Source: Convolutriloba macropyga
Lineage: Eukaryota
Reading direction: 5' to 3'
DNA: 64,000 nucleotides
Assembly (NCBI RefSeq): GCF_964194025.1
Contig: NC_134476.1
Coordinates: forward strand, 13,268,001 to 13,332,000
In this document: positions 25,306 to 37,184 of the stretch, in pieces
Position numbering within the stretch: the first letter of the stretch is position 1
Layout: every line of letters begins with the position of its first letter
Translations under genes and position numbers: made by a program
Notes under the pieces: generated by a model
The model's input: only the letters and a program-made list of their open reading frames with translations
What the model was told of the DNA's origin: nothing
Database searches by the model: none

Positions 25306-26790
25306 ACAGCACCAATCAAGTTGCAGGAAATTGCAAACAAAAACTGATTAAAAACTGTTCTAAATTTGCTCAGAACAAAAGCAGTATTCAAAATTATACA
25401 ACCCTAAAAATAAAAAAATTATCACTTAAACTCTTTTTATCACTTAAATTTTTTCCAGAAAAAATCACCAAAAATTTTTACCTATCTCAACAAAGATCAA
25501 AATTGTGAGTCGCATTTGTACAATAAAAGGTCTATCTGACTGAGATATTGAACACATAAAAAAGTGGAAAATTCTCGAAAAACACAAACAGTTCAAAGTC
25601 TGGTTGGCAATAAAACAGATTTTTAAGAAGATTTCGAAATTTTTTGGTTATTCAGTAGAAAACGATAAACTGATCGTTTTCGATTACTCAACTATGCAGT
25701 GCCTTGCAAAAAGAAGCGGATTTCAATATAAGCTTACAATAATTGAAACTCAACTGAAGAAAATTTGGCAATGAAAACTATTTAGTTTTTAAAAGTTTGT
25801 CCTCAAAAACTATGCTCTAAGGGATGAAATAAAATGAAATGAAATTAGAATAAAGCGAAGAAACTAAGCAAGTTCTTTTTCAATTTGAGCTCAAATTTCT
25901 GAAATTGACCAAAAAGGCGTCGAAACAATCTGAAAAACTGAAAACAGGCAAAGTCCTCAGAAAATCCTCTCAATTTCTCCGGTTTGCCAACACGTCGCGA
26001 AAAGATATTAGAAGTAAATACATATAGTCGAGTTGGGACCATCTTAAAGAGACAATCTGCAATAAGAAATACTGCTGTAAAATTCAGCAAGTAAAAAAAT
26101 ACTCATTTAGCCAAAATTTTTGACACCTTTTTCCCATACATGAAAAAAACAACCCTCAATTTTACTGCTCTCGAAGTATTATTACCGCTATGACCTCAAC
26201 GATTAGTCTTCAGGTTTGCGGTTCCTGTTAAGAATGCAGTCTAGCAAATGATCTGATGAAATTTTGCTCGGCCAATACTCATATTAGAGTCCTCAAACTA
26301 AACTGGGAACAAAATCAACTTCAAAGGTGAGTCAGATGTACAATTTCTTGCTCTTCAACGAGAGACTGTGGGAATGAGTACACGTTGGGAATTTATAACA
26401 TGCCCCAGATGTATTTATTGTAATCGCAGTTTCTGCATTTTTTTCTCTACTTAGCGTAAATTTAGTTCACCGTGTGATGGGATTCTATAAAACTCGATTT
26501 TCCGGCGTGGAGTTTCTATAGAGTTCTATTGATCATAATAATTTCATAGAAGCCCATCGGTAGATAACGTATATGCCTGTGTGGTAACATCTCATCTATT
26601 ACATTTTTGGTTATACTGGAAATGATGTGTAGCAAGTACAGAATCATTTAATGAAGACGCGCTAATTGGTTGGAAATTTGTGTGCGTGTGTCAAACCACC
26701 ATGAATCATTGACGGGACTCATTGAGGGAACTTTTCACTTCTCGGAAATTTTGCTGTTCTACCAGTGATTTCATGAAGATGTGAAATACG

Positions 26791-27855
26791 AAACATAGCT
26801 GGCAGATTGCCAGAAAATAGCCGCAATAGATTCGTAGATCGGCAGTCTAAAAAAAACATTAAAAAAGACAGACCAAAAAAATTCGTCTTTTCATTGAAGG
26901 CTGATCTGTTATATTTTGATTAAAAATCTGTACAAGTTATTTCTGCCTCTATTAGCTGATCTCGAATAACCTTCATTTAGAGTGACACACACCCATTTGA
27001 CCTTATCTCTTTGAATTAAAGTAAATAAAAGTCAATTTTAAAGTGAGGAAGTCATTTTTGCGAGTGAGTTAAGTCAAGTGTGACCAAAAATTTAATCACG
27101 CACATGAACAAAAAAACTCGCTCCACTAAGAGCGAAAAATGACGTCACACATGCAATTCAGTTGAAATTGCATGAACGAATGAACAAAAAGTTGCTGTGA
27201 TGTCATATGGTCGTAACAAAAATCATGACGACGAAATAAAAAACATAGCAGGACAAGTCCTGACGTACAATTCAAAGAGTTTTCATTGACTTAACAAACA
27301 ACTAGACCTAGAACGGACAAGGGGTGAATTGGGAAAACCATTTCTATAAAAATCAGATGAAAAAAACAAAAAAAAAAACACAAAATCAATGTCAAAATGA
27401 TGCTAGGGAGAACAAAAAACTACTAGTGAGATATGTAATTTTGATTCTAACAAAAAACTAGGTCCAGAATGAGCTGTGAATGGATTGGGAAAACCATTCA
27501 GAAAAAAAATCCGATCCAAAAAATTGAAAAAACAGTAAAAATCAGAGTTAAATTGCTGCATGTGAACAAAAAACCACTACCGAGAAACCGAACTTTTGTT
27601 CAAACACTGTTTTCTCACTCTACTTTAAAATTAGAGCGAAAAAATTCACGCCACAAAACCACTCGCTTTTTCGCTCCATTTCCTGTTTCGGCGTGACCAA
27701 AATCACCACTCCAATTTGACTTCAAAAATCATGAAAATGTGTGAACAGATCTTAAAAAAAAAGACAGCGCCCCAATACAATTCAAATTCTTTGAATTGTA
27801 AAAAAAACCAAGAGAAGGCCAATAATAGCCCCAGCTATCGCTGTGCGGCTATTAA
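26791..27855 (-). mobile_element. HINE family A with nested complete family B (27241-27801)
   Basis: AAACATAG, hairpin CTGGCA-GAT-TGCCAG and subTIR AATAGCCGCA at the left end; TAATAGCC...TGCGGCTATTA palindrome at the right end. Confidence 0.75.
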
Positions 27856-28288
27856 TAATATTAAACGTTACTATTAGTTGATTCCCTACACAGATTAAAA
27901 GATTTTGAGGACAAGCGTTTTGGCTATGCAAGTTTGCTAAAATTGCTTAAAAATTTTACTAAAATTGCTAAAATTAATTCATCTTAAAAATTTCTTTAAA
28001 AAAATCCTCCTAATACTTTGTTCCTCCTAATACTTTTTATGCAGAAAAAGAAGGAAAGAAAACATTGCATACCTGAATTCCAAAATTTCTGCGCATGACA
28101 TAATGCAAACAGCAAATATGTGTCTGCCGTCTTTTAGAACATCGCGCAAGAATGGAATTGGTCGGAACACTGAACTCTCACTGGACATGAACAAACCATT
28201 AGCCCAGTGGTCTCTCTCAAGGGCTTCCTTCTCAGGTCTTTAATCAGGAACTGTTCTTTGAAATCTTAATCCCTTCTGATAACTACAT

Positions 28289-28496
28289 TCCCGGGTCGAC
28301 ACCGAATGGTTAACTTGTAAGATTTTGCAGGTTTCTTGCAAAAGATGGTCAACATGTAAGAACTTGTAAGTCGAATGGTTAATTTGTAAGAACTTGCAAG
28401 TTTTTAGAAGAATAACTTGCAAGACGATGCATCGCCTTGTAAGAACTTGCAAGAAACTTGAAAGTTCTTACAAGTTAACTATTCGGCCTCGACCCG
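28289..28496. mobile_element. Small CCCGGGTCGA-ended MITE with CTTGCAAG / CTTGTAAG repeats
   Basis: CCCGGGTCGACACCGAATGGTTAACTTGTAAG and its imperfect inverse at the right end. Confidence 0.65.
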
Positions 28497-28606
28497 GTCT
28501 ACGACGATTTTTAGTTTGTAAACTGTAACTAAACGTGTCTAAATAAAGGCGGCCAAATTTTGGTTTTTCTACAAAAGCAGCCAAAACATTTTTTGCGAGA
28601 TACCGA

Positions 28607-28824
28607 CCCAGGTTGAGGTGCCAGACGGAAGCAGGTATGTCCAGACTGTCCCCGGCGGAAAATTTCTATGTCCACGTGCGTTCACCAGACTTCCGTGCGT
28701 CCATAGCCAGACTTTCGTTGTATCCAGACTATGCAAATTTGAAAGCACCCCCCCCCCCGTCATGAGTTCATCTTCGGTCTAGACATACTTGCTTCCTTGC
28801 TTCCGTCAGGCACCTCAACCTGGG
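28607..28824. mobile_element. CCCAGGTTGAGGT-family MITE
   Basis: About 27-bp TIR CCCAGGTTGAGGTGCCAGACGGAAGCA / TGCTTCCGTCAGGCACCTCAACCTGGG. Confidence 0.75.
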
Positions 28825-29304
28825 TAATTTATGCCACTTTTGTATAATCACAATTCAGCATACTTAGGTTACAGATGTTCGAACCCAGATTCAAACATTA
28901 TTCCTCAATTTATAACAATAACTTCATGTGCAAATTAGTTGTCGTTATTTTCGCTGCAATACCCCCCCCCCCCGTCTTGTGGTAAAGCAGGCGTCGTTCC
29001 TTATAACACGCGTGCACTTACGTTAATTGATAAATGCCAGCTTCTATTAATTTGCTACCATGATATTATTTTCTTAGAAAATTATCAACTAATATAAATC
29101 AATATTGAATAATAACAACAACTACTAAAAGCTAGTTTCTCCAATAAACGCCAGTTTAAAAGGTGCCCCAGTCGAGACCGGTTGGTTATCTATGACCATC
29201 TTGCAAGATCTTGCTAGATGAAAGGCTACCTTGCAAGATTCTTGCAAAACACGAAAGATTTCCAAAATTAAACGTAATTTAACTCCGAGATTAACCATTT
29301 ATGA

Positions 29305-30633
29305 CTAAAAAGTTGATGAGTTGAAAATTGGGGAAATGGCGTTCAATTGATGAAACAGAGAACGGTTCCTGTGAATAAGTACGGAATCCATCGAAGCAGT
29401 ATGATCAAACCCACAAACTAAAATTATCCCCAACCCCAGCAACAGCGACCCATCTACAATATACATTAAAGGTACTCCGTGGCCTATCTTGACCTGACAA
29501 ATCCAGTCACAAGACCAAAGTCCAAAAAAGAACATAAATTTCACAGCCAGTAACCAAATCCGGTAAAACTTTCTAAGTTCCAGACCAAAAAACGCCCAGT
29601 TGAATATGAGAGCCAGCGACATTGCTTGAATGTAAGCAGTTCCAAAATAGCGGAAAGGGAGTTCTAGGAACATACGCAGGAATTCTGAAGCTTCGCCAGT
29701 TTGACTTATGAAAGTGAAGGATAGAAACAGTGTTCCAACCACAATGCAGGCAACGCCGAGTGTGTGATCGTAGATTCTTCATGGATCTGTTTTCCTTTAA
29801 TTATCCATATTTTTTCAAGAATGTACCTTAGTGAATTATTGAGTATAACAGCATTTTCAATACATTGCTCAGAAAACAATCGCACAATGACTTTCCATTG
29901 TAAAAAAAATGTCAACCGGTTTGTCATTTTATATTAGCCATACAAGCATCATATATGATGTCATACACATCATACGCCATTTAAATGTCGGTGACTCTCA
30001 TGCAGGATCCTCTTTCATCTACGAGAGATGCCAGTACCAGAGATGAAAACTCCATTCGGACTGAATATTTATTGAAGTGAATGTTTTTATTGTTCTTTCG
30101 TTATTCTCATAGTAAATTCAGAGTATTTTCATGCTGAATTTTTTTTTCTGAGATTTTTTTTTCAGGCTGAAATTTTGTTCTGATCAGTAATTCCACAGTC
30201 TGATTTCATCATGTAGTTCAGAACAAATTCAGAGAAACTAGGTTGTCCTGATTTTTTACTCTGATCAGCCTAATTTTTGACATGATCATGATACTTGAAA
30301 GTCCAAAATTCAGAACAAAAGTTATCATGATTCAGCGCTGAAAAAATAATTTAGTGCAGTCCGGGTACCCGGACATCATGGAAGATCATTGCTGTACGAC
30401 AACCAGGATAGAATAAAAAGGCAAACCAATTATGGCACTATTAAGAGTAGTGGAAAACCATTTATAGACGATGTGTGATAAAAGGGGAGTCATGTACGAT
30501 CAAAAGGTGATTAGCAGGAAATCATATATGCTTCCGTATGACAACCAGGAGATCATTTATAATCATTATACGTTAATGGTGACATCATTCAAGAATTAGC
30601 TAATCATATATTTTGTTGCCATTGTTAGTTAAC

Positions 30634-30701
<68 letters not shown>

Positions 30702-30995
30702 CAAGATCAACTCCTTATACACTACAATAGTTAAAATGAAATAAAGCAATTTTTTGATTCATAAGTAAAAAAAAAAAACAGATCCAATCCTGCAAATCAT
30801 GAGGTAAACGAAGACAGCAGTGAAAGCATATGACCACCGCAAACCAACAAACAGAGCGGCGACCCAATTCTCGTAATAGATATTGTTTGGACATGCCTCG
30901 TACAACATTGTTTCAGTGTCAAGAGAAGCCACAAATGTCACAATGCATCCTATTATAAGAGGGAGAATCCGACCTGAAGAAAATAAATCAGGCAT
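29305..30995 (-). CDS. Candidate two-exon multi-pass membrane protein (ORFs 30995-~30790 and ~29777-29305)
   Basis: Two co-oriented hydrophobic, non-repetitive ORFs with several TM-like segments. The splice junction is unresolved. Confidence 0.35.
30634..30700. repeat. (TA)n microsatellite
   Basis: Seen directly in the sequence. Confidence 0.95.
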
Positions 30996-31019
30996 TCATT
31001 ATTTTTTGAATGCTTTGTG

Positions 31020-31322
31020 CCCGGGTCGAAGTGTCACCGCCATTCAATGCAAAATCATGTACGGTAAGTGGTGTAATGTGGAAAATTTTGTAAGATAAGC
31101 GGTGAATGCGGTGAAATTACATAAATCAGGCGGTGAATGCGGTGAAAAAAATCTTTATCCCCTGGTAGCGGTGAAATTATGTAAATTCGCCGCTTACTCT
31201 AGCGATGAAATTACATAATTTCACCACATTTCACCGCAAAATTATGTACGAAATTTGCGGTGAAAAAAAAGAATTTTTCACCGCTTATCTTACATATTTT
31301 TCCGATTTTTCCTCGACCCGGG
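31020..31322. mobile_element. Short CCCGGGTCGA-family MITE
   Basis: TIR CCCGGGTCGA / TCGACCCGGG, TG flanks on both sides, CACCGC motifs. Confidence 0.75.
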
Positions 31323-33192
31323 TGATATGGCGATTTAGGGACTTCATAGCAGGCCAACTAAACCAATTTTGACCGGTGATATCTTTTCACCTGGGTGGAT
31401 TGTCCTCCTTGAAGTCCTCCCATTTTGCTGTATGAGGGAAGACGGACTTTTTAGGAATTACCCTCACGGCCAAAAATGCGATATAAGAGTGGGCTGCAAT
31501 GGACTGCAATGGGAGGAATTTTGAGTAACTTCCCGCTGGCAGAAAATAGGATGCATGGGGCTGCATTGGCTGCAATACGAGGACTTTTGAGGAATTAACC
31601 TCCTGGCCAAAATTGCTATATAAGTGCGGTCTGTAATGGGCTGCAATGGGAGGACTTTTCTGGAACTAACCAATGGCTATAATTGGGATGTAACAGTGTT
31701 ACATGATAAAACAATTTGAAAGCCAAAAGCCATCTTAAAAAAGTTAGTACACCAATACAATCCAAATCCTCTGGATAGTAAAAAAAGCACCAATTAAACT
31801 CTTTTTCTTTGGATCGTTAAAAAACCGTCTCCACTAAGAGTGCAAAAAGACGCCGCGCATGCAATTTATATGAAATTGCATGAACGAATTAACAAAAAGC
31901 AGATCTTACGTGACTGCGACGTCAAGTGGCTGTAACGAAAATCTTGACGACGAAATTTAAAAAAATTAACAGACACCCGTAATAAAACTCCCATTAACAG
32001 CCCCGGCTGTTAATAAAACAGAAATCTAATTTAGTTGCTGAAAAATTCGCTTGAGAGCAATTAAAGGGAAGCATTTTGGATTACTTGTGAAATTTCAAAT
32101 TTGATAACATTTGTCTCTTCGACATCGGTATATCTTGTAATCTCGTTTAAGTTTTATGTCAAAAGCAAACCTAACCAAGACTACTTGTGTAGTGAGCTGT
32201 TTTTCGTAAGATTTTTAAACAGACCTCGCCAAAAATTGGAGATTTTTTAAATTTGAGTGTAATTTAACTTTTAGTAGAGAAATCAGGCTGACTAAAATCA
32301 TACATCAAAAGCTACCATTTTAAAGCCATTTATCTAAACAATTTTTAAGGATGCTCTAAATTGTTTTTTGGAAATACGTTTTTGTTTAGACGTCCTAAGC
32401 ATCGAATTATTGTGCGAGGGTCCTGAAGATAGCAAAACTACTTTTTTAGAAAATGAGTTTCATATTTATCGAAGGATTAAAGGATCAATGTTTTACAGTG
32501 AGTTTTCAATGAACTCTTGCAGCGAGAAAGTGAATCCTTGTACAAATATTTTTTCTTTTACATATAACCAGATCAGAACTTGCTTCCACCCAAACGCCTA
32601 AACACCCAAGTGATGGATGGGAACAATCAGAAGAGAATGCGCCTTACCTGTTCAACTTGTACAATTGAAATCTGATTCTTTTATGAGAAGCTATCAGTCG
32701 TCTTTAAAGGCAGGATCGGTATTTTGTTTTCTGAAAACCGTTAAGGTAGGGTAAATCGGTAACAAATTTTTGGTTTATATGCACTGATAAAAAGGTGTTT
32801 TGGACAAATTTGAAGCAAAGACTCTTTTCAAAATAGAAACCTTCATTTAATATTGCTTCACCAACAATAGTTAAAAAGCAAGTTTGATTAATATAAATTT
32901 CTAACTTTGAGTCTTATTTTTAATTTCCTCGATGCAAGATAATTTGCGCGTATGGGAGGTATTTAGGTTTCGAATCGATCGATTTCCAATAACAACAGCT
33001 CATTCTGCACAGATACAAAAAAAGAAAAAGTTTTTGTTAAACTCGTGAACAAAATTTCAGTTTTTATTCAATGAAAAGTGTCCTTTTGCGTACATGGGCG
33101 AACTGAGCCAACTCCTCACAGTAAAAATTATCTCGACCTGTGATATCTTTTGACTTTTGTTCATGCTTGACTGATTTTTGCCGAAAGTATTA

Positions 33193-36100
33193 AAAACATA
33201 ACCGACTTATTGCTATCAAGCAACCAGTGACAGGCTGTTGTTGGTAGTAGCCAGCTGGGGCTTACGGCTGCAAGCATTAGGGGGGGGGGGGGTGGTTGGT
33301 GATCGGAGTGGGAATGTAGTCAAGAGTTGGTGCATTTCACGCGATTGGGATTGGTAGTGTTGGACGGGAGACAGCCTGAGGATTGGTCGAGAAAGGGGGT
33401 CCAAATTGTCAGATGGAGGAGGTTTGACTGTGGTTTGTGGGAGGGGGGTTTGATTGAGGTGCTTTAAGGTGCTTCAATGACCTTGTTTCGCGAGAGAAAA
33501 AGAGATCATTTTAGCGTGAGGCAAATTGCCCTCACACGACCGGCGAGCGGTTGGCTTCGTCAGTCGTAAAAAACACCGACAAGACTAATGACATATCGGA
33601 GTGGGAATGTAGTCAAAAATTACATAAAAAACACCGACAAGACTAATGACATATCGGAGTGGGAATGTAGTCAAGAGTTGGTGCATTTCACACGATTGGT
33701 AGTGTTGGACGGGAGACAATCGGAGGATTGGACGAGAAAGGGGGTCCAAATTGTCAGGTGGAGGAGGTTTGACTGTGGTTTGTGGGAGGGGGGTTTGATT
33801 GAGGTGCTTTAAGGTGCTTCAATGACCTTGTTTCGCGAGAGAAAAAGAGATCATTTTAGCGTGAGGCAAATTGCTCTCACACGACCGGCGAGCGGTTGGC
33901 TTCGTCAGTAGCGGGGTGAGCAGGTGGCGGATGGGGGCAACAGCGGGGGGGGGGGGGGGGGGGGGGGTGTTCTTCAACCTATAAGAACCGCCCTTCACAC
34001 CATAAGTATAAAATTCCAAAACAGTTTCTGTGAATCGCACACTTGGAGACTAGTGATCTGAATGGCTCTATGAGCACTTGATGCCCACTAGGCGCTACCT
34101 CTTTATCCCGTTTTGAGGATGAGAAGTCAAATGGGTCAGACCAACAAATCGGCCAAGCAAAAATTACATAAAAAACACCGACAAGACTAATGACATACCC
34201 GGTAGATTGCCGGAAAATAGCCGCCGTTGATTCCAACAAGCATGATTGGGATTGAAAGAATATTGAAAGAATTGGGATTTTTGTTCAAAAACATTTTTTA
34301 AGTCCGATTTTCTTTGATGGCATTTCTTCTTGGTTGAACATACTTCTGTTTCTTAGAGAGAGGCTACAGGGGCTACTATCAATACCAATAAGCATAAGAG
34401 ATTGTAACTAAGACTCATAGGAACGACGTTCAAATAGCGGGCATCTAAAATTGGGCTTTATGGGTTTACCCGTTTCTATTTCTGACTTCAATTTTTTAAT
34501 ATTGACTCTGTTCATTTTTTATTGCTTTGCTGAGCAACTGATGTTCAAATTCACAATTAGCAGAATAAGAGAAGAGAGAAACTAGCCTAGAGAAGTCAAA
34601 AAGATTTCACGCAAAATGTCGAAAAAGCGGCAAAATGGTAAAGCGAAAAAAAAGTTCGACGAAGTAAAAGACATAGCAGGACAAGTCCTGAAATACAATT
34701 CAAAGAATTGAATGAAAAAACTCAGACGTACTCTACCTGACCAGAAGATCAATTGAACAATTCCAGCCAGAACACAAAACTCGAAGCTTTCTTGCTAAAA
34801 CTCGAACTTGCTAAAACTCGAAGCTTTCAAACCTAAGGCAAAAATTTTTTCTCTTTAAAAACACCTATTTCAAAAATATGTTCAAAACCAATTTTTGTTT
34901 CTGAAATCGGTCCAGTATTATATCTGCAAGACCTGAAAAATATTCATTGGCCCTTGAAGATCGATGATCAACTCGAAAATGACCAAAAAAATTGAAAAAA
35001 AGAAGTCAATTGCAATCTATCAGAAAATGTTGCCAAAAATTGTGATATAAATATCTTCAGAATCATTTCTATTTCTATGTCTCGAAAGGCTATCCAGTAA
35101 CCCAATTCCAAGCTTTAAAAAACTCATTGGCTCATAGATCGATAGGCAGTAATTTTTTAGAAAAAATTTCAAACTTCAAAAAACAGAAATTCGTTCTATT
35201 AAAAGGTTGAAAGCCATTCAATTGCCCCCTAGCATTTAATAATTATTTAAAAACATACTATCAAACACTGGATGAGGTTACCTGTCTACTGAGACAAGAA
35301 AAAATAAATAAAATACAAACGTTTTGAAAAAACTTGAAAAAATTGCAAATTTTATCAAAAAACTTCCAAAATTCGAAAAGTTAAATTGTTGAAAACAGAT
35401 CCATTGAAACTAAAAACCATGCAGTAACTTTTTATCAGAACGTAGAATAGGTTTTTTCAAACTTGAGAATGGACGAATATCAAAAACTGACAAAAGTTTT
35501 AGGAAACCTTAAAAAAATTGCAGATTTTACCAAAAAAATGCAAAAATCTAGACACTAAAATGTTAAAAACCATTCCATTTTTTCTAGAAACTATGATGTG
35601 CCCTATCAACAAGCCTCAAAGGAGATTGCCTGGTCCTTGAAGCTGGAAAAACTGAAAAAAATGACGAAAATTTTCAAAAACCTAAAAAAATGCGAATTTT
35701 GTCAAAAAAATTGCTAAAAATTGTGATATTCACAAGTTGAAACCTATTCCATGGCAACTAAAAATTTTTCAGTAACTTATTATTCAAGCGATAATGAGGT
35801 TTTCTGTCCCCTGGCACTCAAGCAACTTGAATAATGACAAAAAATGTCCAAAAAATATGAAAAAATTGCAAGCTTTGTCAAAAAATTCTGAAATTCATGA
35901 TGGCAAAAAGTTAAAAACCATTCCATTACCACTAGAAACTATGCAGTAATCTATCATCAAACCCTTTATAAAACTCTAGAGGAGGTTTATTGGCACCTAG
36001 GTCTAAGAACACTCAAAAAATTACAACATTTTCAAACATTTTCAAAAATCCATTATCAGAAACTTGAGGAGGTTTCATGAAACCCAGGGCTGAAAAAACT

Positions 36101-37184
36101 GAAAAGAACAGAAAAAAATGACAAAAATTTTCAAAAAACCTGAAAAAAATTGCAAAAATTAGTATCCTTTTGCGAGTTTGTGTTTGTAGTACCAAAACTT
36201 ATAGCCCAAAAAATGGTCATAACAAGCAATTTTGTGTCGCAAACGACCCTAATCAACTTTTAAAAACTTCAATCTAAGACTAATCAAACAAAGAAACTCA
36301 AAAAAATCACGAGTACATAAAAAAATGCAACATTTTGAGCCCAAAAACTCCTAAAAATGACCTTTTAACCTTAAATTAAGGCCATCCCAGCAGCTGCACC
36401 ACTATTAGCACTTGAAAGACAACTAAAGCCCACTTTGGGCCTCTAATGAAACTTACTGCCCGCTGGGCGTTACCTGTTTATCCCGTTTTGAACGATTAAA
36501 TTCAGTGAAAAATGTGTGAACACATCTTAAAAAAAACACAGCGCACCAATACAATTCAATTTTTTTGAATTGTAAAAAAAACATAACAGGACAAGTCCAG
36601 ACATACAATTCAAAGAATTTTCATTGACTAAACAGAAAAACTAGACCTAGAATTCACTATGAGTGATTTGAGAAAACCAATTCAAAAAATGCCGCGTGTG
36701 AACAAAAAAACCACTAGCGAGAAATGAAAACTTAATTCAAACAAAAAACTAGGCATAGAATGAGCTGTTAATGGATTGGGAAAACTATTTAGAAATAAAT
36801 CCGATCCAAAAAATCGAAAAAGAGTAAAAATCAGAGTGAAATTTCCGCATGTGAACAAAAAGCCACTACCGAGAAACCGAACTTTTGTTCAAACACCATT
36901 TTCGCACTCTACTTTAAAATTCACGCCGCAAAACCACCCGCTTTTTCGTTCCGTTTCCTGTTTCGGCGTGACCAAAATCACTACTCCAATTTGACTTCAA
37001 AAATCATGAAAATGTGTGAACAGATTTTTTAAAAAAGACAGCGCCCCAATACAATTCAAATTTTTTGAATTCTAAAAAAAGACCAAGAGAAAGCCAATAA
37101 TAGCCCCAGCTATCGCTGTGCGGCTATTAAAAAAGACCGACAAGACTTATATAATTGCTACAAACTTCGTTTGAGAGCAATTAA
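33193..37184 (-). mobile_element. Large HINE composite: C containing A-like (from ~34192), containing two head-to-tail B elements (34670-36575, 36578-37075)
   Basis: Left-end hairpin/subTIR modules at 33195, 34192, 34670 and 36578. The B, A and C right-end palindromes follow in series at 37050-37184. Internal ~350-bp duplication (33303 / 33655). Confidence 0.55.
34950..36160. repeat. Degenerate ~175-180 bp tandem array inside a HINE
   Basis: AAAATTGCA.ATTTT.TCAAAAAA and AAACCATTCCAT motifs recur at ~176-bp spacing. Confidence 0.5.

Noticed and set aside
28072-28238. Minus-strand open frame ending in a strong CAG|GTATGC donor
   Set aside because: No recognisable homology or partner exon; left unresolved.
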